Shown here in pieces: positions 12,199 through 24,760 of a stretch of 62,590 nt of DNA. The stretch comes from Toensbergia leucococca. Lineage: Eukaryota. The notes under the pieces are model-generated. The model saw only the letters and a list, made by a program, of their open reading frames with translations, was not told where the DNA came from and made no database searches. The stretch lies in contig JALDZS010000060.1 in the NCBI GenBank assembly GCA_022813965.1, forward strand, positions 62,001-124,590, read 5' to 3'. Each line of letters opens with the position of its first letter. Within the stretch, counting starts at the first letter, position 1. The position numbers and the translations under genes were made by a program.

Positions 12199-13993
12199 TC
12201 ACAATTCGTCCCTCCCAACCGCAGCTTGCCCATTTCCGTTCAAGGAACCCTCGCAAACAGCCGGCGTTCCGACTTCCATCCTGTACACACATTTTTCCTC
12301 CTCCACAATCTTCCAAATCTCATCCTTCTCCGCACAGCCTAGTACAACCAATGTACTCCTGCTCGGCCCGTTCCAACAATGTTGCCCGTTCTCATACCTC
12401 AGCGCAATCCTCTGACCTGAGCCGAGTCCTTTACCGTCTGGAGGCACCTCGTCATCGACCATTATGGAATCAACACGCACAAAGTTGCCCATTCCCGTCT
12501 CACTTCCACCTTTCTTAGACTTTTGCTTCGTCTTCTCGAGCCAGGATAGCTCATACGTGTATTCGCCAGAGTCTTTGGTAACGCGCTGGCCTTTCATCGC
12601 ACGGAATACATCATCCGGACCATAATTTTTGTCGAGGTCTTCATGATGAGTTTTAAGCTGATCATTGTCCCGCTTCAGCTCGTCTTGGGCGGTTTTGATC
12701 GCATTGCGGGCAGTGACCACCGCTTGGGATTCGGAGCCAGAATCTCTGGAAGCTGCCAGAACGCCGTTATCCACAAGGATTGTCCGTAGATCTCGTAATT
12801 TTTGATCTACCCAGTCGCGCACTGGCTTTGGCAGATATTCCTCAATCTTGTAGACTACGTGGAAATGAGTCTGATGCGGACGGAGAAGCTTGGAAGAAAT
12901 CTATACGTACGAACATCAATATCACTATCATCTGTTCCTTCCCAATCAGCCCACTGAATTGCACCAGTCTCGGTATCTGGTTTGGAGATCTCATCCAAGT
13001 CCCGATCATGAGCTGCATCTGCGTCGGCAGGTTTGTCTCGAGCCGCATACTCCTCCCAGCTCCTCACCGCCCTTTTGACACCCTCATCGTTGAAATTAGG
13101 GTTATATTCTTCTTTGAATGTTGTTAGTAAGGCCTCCAACTCTTTGACTCTTTCCCTGCTAGAGTCACGTTGTTCTCGCACTTCAATCAAAGATTCCCTC
13201 AGCTCTTCAATCCTATCCTTTGCCAATCCAGCCAGTACGTTAACCCTACTCGCCTTGGTTGGATTCTTAACAACCTTTCCCCGCTCTCTCTTCTCCACAT
13301 CGGCCAAAGCTACCTCGGCCGCCTTGACTTTGATTTCTGATGCTTCGATCTGCGTTTTCAAAGAGTGTATTCGACTCTCTACCTCTTGCCTCAGCCTCGA
13401 GGACTCAGAGACTAGCTCTTTTCGTTTCTTCCCTGCAGCACCTAAAGCTTTCTGCCTCAACTCGTCTTGCTTCTTCCATTCCTTGCCTATGGCTTTGCAT
13501 TTATCCTCACAAACTAAGCCGCCGACATGCTCCCATTCATCGCTACCATCGCAGCAAAGGTCGTAGTCACAAACGCCGTCGTTGACACTAAGAAAGGAAA
13601 TGTAGCTTGGCTGATGGCCTTTGTTCTTGCAGTAGTAACCAGGCAGGGCAAAACTTGTGTTCTCTATGGATGCGTCGCTTGGGAATGAGGGGGAAAGAGA
13701 GGAGAGGTATGAGCAGGCAGATGTTCCAGGCTCGTCAGATCCATCGGGGCAGTCGCAATAGTCATCATTGACCCGAGAAGCATCAAGCTTAATCGAGGGA
13801 TTAGAGACGCATGTGAATTGACCTGTTCCTTTGTAGAACTTCGCGACTAAGGATGAATTTAGCAGAGCTCCTTACGGCTCGGAAGATGGGGGCCCGTACA
13901 TTCAGGGCCTACGCCTCGAGGGCGAGGTGCTTCCGCTGTCAAGACTGAACTTACAGCTGTAGTGAGCAGCAGTACTGTAATGCTTCCTCTCAT
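12199..13993 (-). CDS. GTB1: Glucosidase II beta subunit (PRKCSH/Gtb1)
   Basis: Exons 13993-13900, 13846-12911, 12854-12199. Signal peptide MRGSITVLLLTTAVSSVLTA, PRGVGPE, VNDDYCDCPDGSDEPGTSAC, C-terminal MRH domain (YENGQHCWNGPSRST...EEEKCVYRM), ER-retention RDEL. Confidence 0.96.
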
Positions 13994-14299
13994 TCTGAAC
14001 TATTTCACTTCAATGTCATGCATACCCGTTTAATATATGAAAATATTGTCGCGAATCGCGAACTCAAAGCAAACGTGTTTGATCAAAAAGTCTTGGCGTT
14101 GCATAATTTTAGTCAAAAGATGCAAAATCAAGGGGCGACACATATGGGGATGAACGAGTTGAGGGTATATACAATTTCTACGCTCCTTTACTCCGCTGAA
14201 CTATGGAACATTGGGATGATGTTCCTAATGACTATAAATGTTCGACGCCGACGCCAGCTCTAATGTCCCCCCATGGCCAAGAGCCTTATCTACATTATT

Positions 14300-15345
14300 T
14301 CATCGCTTTGCATCAGCTGGTATGGAGTAGCCTCTGGTCATGAAATCTTTGCTCTTCTCAGCGAAACCATTTCCTGACGAAAACAAGCTCTTTAGATTGT
14401 TATTTGTGCCCGTCTTCCGCCTTTTGTTTCGCTCTTCCTCTTCTGCAAGAACCTTGGCAGTCAGGGACGCTGTGCCTGCATTCCTAATACCAACACTGAA
14501 GACTTTTGAGTTACTTGCAGGCTTTGAGGTCTCAATCATCAAGGGATCGCCAACATTATCTAGGTCTTTGACTTTAGTGCTATTGTTCTTTTTTCTTTTC
14601 TTCGTGTTTTTCCCGGAGTCAGAGGCTTTCTTCAGTGAATGTGTAAGACCTTGACCGTTGAGATGCTGCGCTCGGGCAACGAGGCGTTCCTTGTCTGCAG
14701 ACAATGTGGGCAAGATCGTAATCACATTTTCATCCAGATATGGTTCGTTACACTAGATCGTATGAGTAGTTTGATTGGCACAGACTGGAGCTCAACATAC
14801 CTGCAAGCAATTGTCTTTGGGCATCTCCCTAAAGGCATTCTCCATAAAAGCGTGACCACATGGCACTAGATACACAGCCTTTACCCCAGGTCCCAATGCT
14901 TTGTTGGTAATCGGGCATACCCACTTGGTTGTGGTTCCATTCTCCTTGAAACCGTGTTCCTCTACCTGAAATTTGACTTCGACGACATCTCGAAGACTTC
15001 GTACACGACCTTCTAGCACTTCTTCATTGTCCGACTTGCTAAAACCAGGGGTTCCATCTCCAGAAGGGAGTAGGAACTCAAGAATAGCATCTTTGTTGTA
15101 GAGATTACCTAAAGAATCGGAGACGACGGGCGGTATGAGTGGTTGGTGAGAGAGCGGACATGTGGTCCAGTGATACTCTAACTTTTCTTGCTGTGTCTCT
15201 TTGACCTGCGTGGTTGTCAGGTTGCGCGCGGCTTCTTTGACAAGCTCGCGACGAGTAGGTATACTATGTACAACAGCGTCAGCCGATAAATGATGACAAG
15301 AGGCTTGATGATGAAACGAACTTACCTACCACCGTCGTTGCCCAT
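14300..15345 (-). CDS. RTF2: Replication termination factor 2 (Rtf2) RING-like protein
   Basis: MGNDGG|SIPTRRELVK start across intron 1; CPLSHQPL..PVVSDSLGNLYNKDAILEFLL; VCPITNK...VPCGHAF...CLQ|CNEPY across intron 14800-14753; Lys-rich C-terminus. Confidence 0.93.
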
Positions 15346-15556
15346 GTCTCGTAAGTCAATATCTTAGAGTGTGGACTTGTGGCACAGAGAAGGTGCCTCG
15401 GCTGAAGGATATCTCGGCACAAATGCCTTGTTGAGTCAAACCTTCAATGCGACTACGTACATAAGTACGCAAATGCGAACGGCAAGATGCCGAACGATAA
15501 GAAGTCGTGGTTATATAGTACTATGTATGTGATCAGTCCATTCCTTGGAAAGAACA

Positions 15557-17109
15557 ATGTCCCTGGAGAAAGACGAGAAGCCAGTCATCCTCGATGAAGA
15601 GTCTTTTTCAACACCTCTAAACGTCACATCTGACGAAGATCAAGAAGAGAAAGGCGATTCTGTGCCACCAACGCCAGTATCATCAGTCCCCGCAGATCCT
15701 TCACCCGATGGCGGTTCAAAGGCATGGCTACAAGTACTTGGATCATTCTTCTTATTTTTCAATTCTTGGGGTTTAGTCAACTCTTTTGGCGTCTTCCAAA
15801 CATATTACGAGACTGGCCTCCTCAGCCATGAATCGCCGTCCGATATCTCCTGGATTGGTTCCATTCAAGCTTTCTTGCTGCTAATAGTTGGCGCTGCTTC
15901 AGGGCCGACCTATGATGCCGGTTACTTCTATGCGCTTGTATGGACGGGATCTTTCCTAATAGTCTTCGGTATCATGATGACCTCTCTATGTACCCAGTAT
16001 TGGCAGGTCATGCTTTCCCAGGGTATCTGCCTAGGACTTGGAAGTGGATGTAAAGACACATTTGAATACGTCTCAACCGCATCTTGCTCATCTTGTATCA
16101 GTAATCTTTGTGCCGTCTGTTGCTATACTTCCTCAATATTTCACAAGCAGAAAAGCCCTTGCCACTGGCATCTCGACTAGCGGCAGTAGCTTGGGTTGGT
16201 TCTTATGTCAGTTTATATGTAGGTACCAATGGTTACTAAATCATACCAGGGGGAATCATCTATCCTATCGTTTTCTCACAACTAGAACCCCGGATAGGCT
16301 TTCCTTGGGCTACTCGGGTCCTTGGATTTATAGCCCTAGCCCTCCTTGTCATCTCTTTGAGCTGCATGCGTATCAGGGTGATGCCCAAGCAGAAGCGTGC
16401 TCTCCTGGAATTGGCAGCTTTCAAGGTAATTCCTTCTAGCGAGTGAAGCGCTATCAAACTGGCTCACGATTTGAGAAGGAACCACCTTACATCCTTTTCA
16501 CCTTTGCAATGTTCTTAGGTTTCGTTGGCCTATACACTCCCATCTACTACATCAGCTCGTACGCAATCCAGGAGCATATAACGGATACAAATCTTGGATT
16601 CTACATGTTACCAATCCTGAATGCTGCGTCAGTCTTTGGGAGAATTATACCAAACTTTTTCGCAGACAAGATAGGCCCTTTGAATATACTTATCCCTTGT
16701 TCTTTGGCTGCTGGAATTTTGGCGTTTTGTTGGATCCGAATCAAAGAAAAAGCAAGACTAATTGTATTTGCAACACTCTATGGTTTCTTCTCCGGTACCT
16801 ATGTCTCTCTACCACCGACTGCACTCGTACAACTATCTCCAACCCTCCGGGTAGTTGGAACTCGTATGGTATGAAATTGTATCACAAATGTCCTATATTG
16901 CGGCTGATTCAAATGATCAGGGAATGTGCTTTGCTCTCAGTTCTCTTGGACTACTTATTGGCACACCTGTATCAGGAGCTATTCTCCACAGTACGGGTAA
17001 TTACGTTGGTCCTCAGGCTCTAGCTGGTGCAGCCACTCTGATTGCTTCATTCGTTTTATTGCTTGCTCGTATAACGAAGGTTGGGGTGAGGTTGATGGCT
17101 AAGGCGTAG
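15557..17109 (+). CDS. MFS transporter, monocarboxylate (MCT/Mch-like) family
   Basis: Five exons with GT-AG introns; PDGGSKAWLQVLGSF, NSWGLVNSFGVFQTYY, SWIGSIQAF, ILNAASVFGRIIPNFFADKIGPLN; about 12 hydrophobic segments. Confidence 0.93.
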
Positions 17110-17608
17110 GATTGTGTATTCAGTGCAGAAGAAATAAGTACAGTAAGAAGCTGAATAGTCCTTATTACCGGTCTCAACGCACTGTTTGCATATCTAGGTT
17201 GGAGCTACGAAGCTCAATTTACTCTGAAGGGAAGGACAGCAGGTTAAGGGAGAGAAGGTGGGGGGATTACATCAAGTCTTCCGATCTTATGCGTCATAGT
17301 AGTCACATTGGTTTTTTCTAGAGTAAAAATAGCGAGCATGAAGCTACATCAAGGGAGTTTTGCATGATTTCAAAGTGCTTGCTGGCAATCGCAGACGCCT
17401 TTCTAGTACCACGTAAAAAGGCAAGTCGACCTCACAAATGAAAGGCGTTTTCATCACCTATGCTAAAGATTGTTAGATTCGTAGTATAGTCGAGGCTTTC
17501 CGGATCGGTCGCAATAAAGATGACCAATATTAAGTCAAAAAAAAAGTGTACTTTACAGGGCGAGACATGAAATAGGTACCTACCCTCCTACCGTAGACAT
17601 CAAACAGG

Positions 17609-17617
17609 TACTCCGTA
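17609..17617. promoter_or_regulatory. TACTCCGTA intergenic motif (reverse complement of TACGGAGTA)
   Basis: Exact 9-mer upstream of the 17918 gene; the same motif occurs in tandem at 28277-28292. Function not established from sequence. Confidence 0.35.
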
Positions 17618-17917
17618 AGGTACGAGTACCCGTGGCTTCTATTCTATTGCTGCCTCGGAGCTTCCGTTCTCGGGCGCTAGAATTACTCGCTTCTAGCGGC
17701 ATCCAGAGCGGGGCAGCCGGCAGGTGGGATGAAAAGTTTGGTTCTCTCTGTGCAACTTAATGAGTGGGAAATGATGCGTGTAAGACGTCGTGAGTCGTGA
17801 AGCCAGTTGGTAGAGGATCAATGCTACTGGTCAATCGACTACCTGTTGCTAGGTAACTCTGCAGATGATTACAATGTCAGTGAGCTCGCCATTCATTGCC
17901 TTATCCATTCTCACAAC

Positions 17918-20291
17918 ATGGCCTACGTCAACCCACCACGACTTCGCGTCTCAATCATTCCCGCCATACCTCGAAAGCTGGAAAGGAAGCAGACTGATGA
18001 TACCAAAAGAGCTCCAGTTGTCAATAACAGTGAAGAGGCCAAATCCGAGACTCAAGTCGGAGACGAAGCCGCCTCGAGAAGAAATTCAACACAAGATTTT
18101 CCAAACCCCATAGCAGACAACTACCATCCCCTGGAGGAGGAAGAGAGGGAAAGTCGTGATGCAGGGGCCCCCGATGATATAACTGGAGGTATGAATTGGC
18201 ATTCCAAAGCTCAGACGAGCGTGCCTGTCTCAGACCCTTCATGTGACCCAGCTTTTAACGACATACCTTGTAGCTGGCAATAACACCAACACATATTCTT
18301 CGAATCATACCTGCGATTTCGGAATCGAAAAACATGGCCAACTCCCCCCTCCTTTTTATCCTGCCGAGCCAGACGTTTCTCAGAACGACTTTGATGTTTC
18401 AAATGGCCAGTCCTATCGGCCAGACATACCTGACGAGTTTCAGCCTATAATTAACGAAACCATCATCTTTGGGGGATACGCGGGATCCGATGATTCTTCC
18501 CCGACACTTCCACCATCTGCTGCTTCGACATTCTACCCTCATCCTACGCAAGATATCAATGCCATCTCACCCTCACACCACCCTTCCTATCAAGATCATA
18601 TCTCGGCTCATCATATTTCCTACTATCCCGAGCATACTCCACCCGTGGATGTCACTCCGTCTCCATTACATTCAACCTATGAGGGCTACGGCCATGCTCG
18701 TATACCTGAGCCTTCGCAAACCATCTCTTCCAGTCCAAAGTCTCTTAATTTTCAAACGTACCCCGTCTTTGATCTTCCGTTCCGTTATGGATATAGCCAA
18801 ACTTCATCATACTCTGGTCAAAGACCATCGTGGCCCCTCTTAGGGAGTCATCTACCTCTTAGGTCATCTATCACACCTTTGAATGACGTATCGCAGGATT
18901 GGCCGTTGTCTAACGCGTCTCCACCCTCTGAATCGCCTGCTGAATTACCTACAATGACTGTGTCTGGGCAAGATACAGATATCAATTTCCTAGATAACTA
19001 TGAAACAGAAAACGGTTCGCAAGTCAATGTCGAGGCCAATGCATACCCTACTTCTGTAGCGTCTCCAGCTACTGCGCACGAACATGTTGCTTGGTGTGGT
19101 TCGGAGAATAAAGTATTACACAAGAGGCAAGATAGTCCCTCCCGTGACCGGATCTCCTTGCCTGGTCATTTACTTCAGTACTTTAATACTTTAGCCTATG
19201 CGGATTGCTCCTTACAAATCACCCATCAAGCTAAACGATTCGAGCCTATTGGATTCGTTCTTCATGGTTTGCTGATAGCCCAAAGTCCCATACTTCGTTC
19301 ATTATTTGTGTCTTCAGAGTTAAGAGAAAGCGGTCAGAGGGATCTACAGATAGAGATAACCGATCGCTTTGTGACTTCTGCATCAATTGAGGATGCCCTC
19401 CGAGTTTGTTATGGCGAGTCCCCGGCTATGTACGAGACTTCTACCGGGCCTACAAGTTCTTTGGAATCACCCATGGATAATGCTCTAGCTTACGCAGCGG
19501 CAGGTCATGTCTTGCAAATACCGGCAATCACTATAGCAGGTATCCAGGCTGCGTCGAGGATTCTTACCTTGGGTAATATTGAAAAGGCACTGGCATTCGT
19601 CTTGGACGGAGGCGCTGGCAAAGAATGGATATCTCCTACGGTACTCCAACATTCGAACGGATCCTCGGCGGACGATATTTCCATTCAAAGTAGTGTCATC
19701 GCTACCCCCGAATCGAGCGAAGATATCGTGGATGCATCGGAATCCAGAGATACATCTTCATTCCTACATCCTGGTACCTATGCGCCACACGCAAACCCAC
19801 TTCTCCAAAGATGTCTTTCTTTCATCAAATCACAGTTGTCCACCACATGGGAACTCGATACCTCAGCAAGACCATTAGACGATACTGATAGGCTTCCCGT
19901 CATTACTGAAAGCACATCATCTACCTCGAAATCGCGGCTTGGATTCATTCAGTTTGGTGACTTCCCTCCGGAAAACGTATCAATGGCAAGCAATGAGAAT
20001 ATCATCGTGTCATCCATCCTACTCTCCTTGCCCTACAGTGTTCTCAAAGACGTTCTGGATCTAGTAGAAGAGCCCATTAGTCAGCGAATTACGAAAGCGA
20101 TAATCGAAGAGCGAGAGCGGAGGCGTAAGAAAGTTCTGGAGAGTAAAGCTGTTGGATTCAGCGAAAGATACGAGGCTTCGCATGTATGGTTGGAAGTCGG
20201 ATGGGAAGAAAGTGTGGTCGAATCGGATAGCGAGCATGGCTCTGGTTGTCGAATGACAAGAAAATGGACTGGATATCAACATCTGGGTTAG
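17918..20291 (+). CDS. Conserved fungal hypothetical protein with a probable BTB/POZ-like domain
   Basis: Exons 17918-18188 and 18274-20291 (phase-1 GTATGA...TGTAG intron, frame-consistent). Pro/Ser-rich N-half, then YFNTLAYADCSLQI...FVLHGLLIAQSPILRSL...ALRVCYG, a BTB-like pattern. Confidence 0.8.
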
Positions 20292-21120
20292 AGGTTTTTC
20301 GGGATGATGATACAAGCTGGTCCGTCGTCTCTTTTTCTTTGCATTTATTAGCGCTTGGGGCTACACAGCATGCATTGCCAAGGCTTACAAAAGGTCTCAT
20401 GATATGGCCAATTGTTCCAAGCCATAACTTATGATGGGCGTTTACTCTTGTGCTAGGATTGCTAAAGATGAAAGATTCTCTACATTATGAAGCCATCAAA
20501 TTTCACTTAGCTCGTCTCAAGATTGGCTACACGTTTGTCAGGCTTCAGGCCTGGTCCCTTGTTCGGTCGTTGGCACAAGTGCTTTCCTTTGAGATGGCAC
20601 TTCCAATATAGCAGTTCCAAAGAAAGAGGCCCGGGATGCTTTTGAATGCTTGCGTCCACTTACACAGACATTCCCAACAGGAAATGGAGAGTGTGTAGGT
20701 GCAATTGAAAAAAGTTTCGTTGGTCGTAGGAAGAATAGCGATATCATTCCAATTCCAACAGTCATGTATCTATCACAAGGAAAATGGAGCGGCCAAGTAA
20801 AGTAGCCAAGGTAAGAAAGCTACCTTACCTTAGTCTCCAATGTCTCTAATTCCACGTCCTTCACCGCGTGGCAATACTTCGTTCCTTCTCAATTCCAATT
20901 CACATTCACTGCGTCCAAACCTAGACTAGAATCTGACCAACCCCCCCAATTAATCCATCTTCCCCAATTCTAAATCTACCAAAATCATACATCCTCCATC
21001 CTCCATCAATCCTCTTTGCAACTCCTCTCATCAACTTCCATCGTCCAGTACTGCACAGGCTCCTAACTTCCAACCTTCCCTTTCTTCTATTCCATCCACA
21101 GCCATATTTACCAGCGAAAT

Positions 21121-22750
21121 ATGACTTCCATCATCACCTTCAAAGAATCCGGGCCTCCAGTACGTCGTGCGCGTCGTCGTCAGCGTCACGGCCGTGGACC
21201 TCGTAGCGGTGCTTCTGCTGGTCAGTCCCGCCTCGAGGAACTCCTTGCTTCGAGCCATTCTTTCGAAGATTTCCTCGAAGAAGCCCGAAAAGAGGGCGTG
21301 ATTTCCCAGCCAGTTGAAGAGTCCGAAGCGGAGAAGGAAACGTTGGATGCTGTTGATACGTTGCATGCATGCAATAGTAAGTCTTTCTGTCCTAGTGCCT
21401 TTGACAAGTATTTTCTTGCAAAAGGCCATCGAAATTAAAGCTGACGCAATTCAAAGATACAATTCCATCTGCTCGTCGCCTTCGTCGACGGAAGCGCAAG
21501 TCTCGTAGTAGCGTCCAGGCTGGTCCGGATATGATCATTGAGTCTTGCTGTACCGAGAACCATGATCTGAGCCCATCGATCGAAGAAGTAGAGTTAGCCA
21601 CATTGGATCCATGTAACCTGCTTGAATTGAACAACAGTGAGTCTCCTCGTCCTTCAATCCTACCTTATGATTGAGAAAGACTTTAGGCACGATTGCTGAT
21701 GATATTTCAGATGATGGCCCTGCTGTTCCACGGCCACGTCGTCATCGTACTAGGAAGCATAAGCGTTCTGTTACTGGCGCGGAAGCAGGTCTTGGGTCGT
21801 GCTGTTCTGAGATCCATGATGAGAGCCATTCGATCGAAGGTACAGACAAGGCAGTGGTGGGTGCTGGAGACCTCCTGGCCGCGACTAACAGTGAGTTCCA
21901 CCTCTTGATCAGGAAGACCTTACTCTTCGAAAAGAGAAACAGCTTCAAGTAAACTAATGTACTTAACGTAGACAATCCCGTCGCCGCAGCCTCTCCAGCA
22001 GACATTGCGCTAGACACACAGAGCGTAAATGCTCAACTCGCATTCCCGGCACCACCAACCTCCAATGCCACAGTAGTAGCACCTCTAAGCATTCCCCTCT
22101 CAACCAATCCCTCAACCGGCGTCATCTACGCCACCATTCCTCCCAAATCAGATTCCCCTAACCTGCCCGCCTCAACGACACAAACCAAACCCTTCGCTAC
22201 CACCATACCAACCGCCGAACCTCTCTTCGAAGCACTAAGCATCGATCCCCTCTTACCTATTGCCCTTGCAAAATCTCCTATCCGTCCAGCAACCAAGGAT
22301 CGTCAATCCCGCTTTTTCCCTCCAACTCCCCCAAAGAAAACCCGCAAACCACCGCCCCCACCCCTCGATCTCTCTATTGATTCAGGAGACGGCGAGCTTC
22401 CACTCATTGTCAAAGCTAAGCCGAGACCTCCACCTCTCGATCTGTCATTTTTGCGACAGGTGAGGGGGCTACCTGTTGTGGTTACAGATAAGAAGCCGCT
22501 TAAGCAGTCGAATGCTAGTGGACATGGGCGTGTGAGGAGCGAGCCTGGTGTGAGTCAAGGTGTGCTGGGCAGGAATGATATGCGAAAGCTGAGGATTGAT
22601 ACTGCAGGGTGGGTAGGGTGGAGGGAGGGACAGGGGATGTTTGTGGGGGAGATGCCCGACGAAAAGGCAGAGGAGAAGGATGGAAGTGGGGGGAGTGCGG
22701 AGGATAAGAGTATTGAGTGGGAGGGGAAGAAGTTGGGATTTTGGGTTTAG
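21121..22750 (+). CDS. Hypothetical 472-aa protein with three duplicated Arg-rich/acidic exon modules and a Pro-rich tail
   Basis: Exons 21121-21376, 21457-21636, 21687-21890, 21972-22750; all three introns phase 1 with GTAAGT/GTGAGT donors; spliced frame open to TAG. Confidence 0.75.
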
Positions 22751-23611
22751 GTTTTGGGTGCGTTGCTTGGATGGGTTGCTTGTTGATGGGGTTGGATGAT
22801 CTTTGGTGCTTGAAATCGGAGGGGAGAAGCGCTGGTTCGTCTTCTTGAGGTGGTTGGGTTTGGAACAGATTGTTTGTTGGATGAGGATTTGATCGGGTTG
22901 TGCTGGAGTGGATGGAGCTGAAAGTGGAACGGGCAGGACTCGATTGTGCTTGAATTGGAACAAGCTGGACTGGACAGGATTATGGAAAGATTACGATTGC
23001 TTGGATAGTTTGATGCGGAAGTGGGGGTGAGGAGGGAGCGGTGGAGTTGCGAGTGTGGTTGAGGTTGTCCTTGGGGTGGTGGTTGAGTCTTGTGGTGTTG
23101 TTGTACGGATCGTGCTTGCGAATGGGGTTGAGAGATTGTACTTGCGAGTGTGCTTTGCGGTGTAGTACAGCTTGGTTCTTTTTCTGATGGTGTGGGTGAT
23201 TCTGCAAAATTGAGTCTATGGCAAAAAATCAGATCAATGGAAAGTTTCAATTCAATGAAGCTTGGTGGTTTTTTATCATATCATATCATATCATGCCCCT
23301 CTTTAATCGTATCCTCTCTCCCTCCTTCCCTCCGTCCTCTAATATCAGTTTTCCTCTGCATCCCTTTTCTCCCATCACCGCTCTGGCGCTGGCGCTGGGC
23401 GCACATGCACTCTGAAAGTAGGGTACGCGTTTGGGTTTTGGGGGAAGGGGGATGTTGGACGTTGGGACTCTCTTCTTTTTTCCTTAACGAAGAGTGCAAG
23501 AGAAATTTTGAAATATATGCTGCGCCGATGTGAGGGATTTTGGGAGATTGGAGCTGGGATTTTTGGGGATGGGAAGGGTGGGGGGGAGAGGAAGAGGGGA
23601 GGTTTTTTTTT

Positions 23612-23613
<2 letters not shown>

Positions 23614-23645
<32 letters not shown>
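23614..23645 (+). repeat. Poly-G tract (G32)
   Basis: Read directly; lies in a G/T-rich low-complexity block (22750-24600). Confidence 0.9.
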
Positions 23646-23647
<2 letters not shown>

Positions 23648-24130
23648 TGTGGATGTGGGTTTTGATGGATGGGGAGGAGGGGTGAGTGAATGAATGTTGG
23701 GAGATGGGTGTTTTTGTTGGTGAGGACTGGTTGCTGAGGGGGGTTGTAGGGGGTTGTGGGGGGAGTGGTTCTGTGGGGTGCGGGGGGGGGAATGGGGAGG
23801 GGGAGGAAGGTGAGGAGGGAAGGGAGGAGGGGGAAGGAGCGGGGCGCTGCTGGTTGTCTTTCTTCTATTCTTTGATTGATGATGTTGATTTTTGACGTTG
23901 ATGTTGTTGTGTTTTTTGAAGTTGAGGGGGGAGATGAGTGAGTGAGGGAGGGAGTGAGTGAGTCGGTGTGTGTTGAGAGATGGGTGGTTTTGTTGCTGAG
24001 GTGGGGGTTGTAGGGGAAGTGATTCTGTGGGGTGCGGGGAGGGGAAAGGGGGGGAGGAGAGGAAAGGGGCGAGGTTTTTCTTTTTGTCTGTCGATTGTGA
24101 AATCGTTGGGATTTTTTTTTTTTTGGTTTT

Positions 24131-24154
24131 GGGGGGGGGGGGGGGGGGGGGGGG
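24131..24154 (+). repeat. Poly-G tract (G24)
   Basis: Read directly; preceded by T runs, like the G32 tract. Confidence 0.9.
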
Positions 24155-24760
24155 CTGACTTGGGGTTGTTTATTCAAAAAATAGTTCCATAGGAGTTGTG
24201 TATGTGTGTGTGAAGGGGGGGCAAGATATTACTTATCTTTTGTGATTTGTGAATTTGTTGAGGGGAGTTTTTTTTTCTTGGGGGTGCAGGATTGAGAGGA
24301 AAGGAGGTTTTTTTGCGTTGTTGGTGTGGAAGAAGAGGTGGAGGCACTTTCGTGTTCCCTTTTTTTCTTGTCATGTTCTGTCCCTGACTAGCTACTCTGT
24401 CCGTCTTTCTTATGTTTAGCTCTCTATCTGATTGTCTCAGCTTTTAGTTCTCAAGGGCTCTGTATTTTGCTTTGAGGGGGTGTGAATTGTAGAGTGGGGT
24501 TTTGGGAAGGGGTGGGTTGGTGTATGGGACGGTCCTCTTGGAGTTGGGATAAAGGGGTAGGTTTGCGTGTTTTGGGATGGAGCTATCGTGGTTATGACGT
24601 TTGGCGAGGAGCAAAAATATGAAGATTGTGAACTGCTCATTTTTGTCATTCCGGCTCTTGTAGATTATCTAGCCTAGAAGAAGCTCAGACAGGCAAAGTA
24701 AGAACAACCCAAATGTAGGGAAACATGCCATACAAACCACCAACAAACCACCGTATCACC

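Noticed and set aside
23281..24177. 298-aa Pro-rich ORF on the minus strand
   Set aside because: Non-ATG start; stays open because the C/A-rich strand lacks stop codons; poly-Pro comes from the homopolymers.
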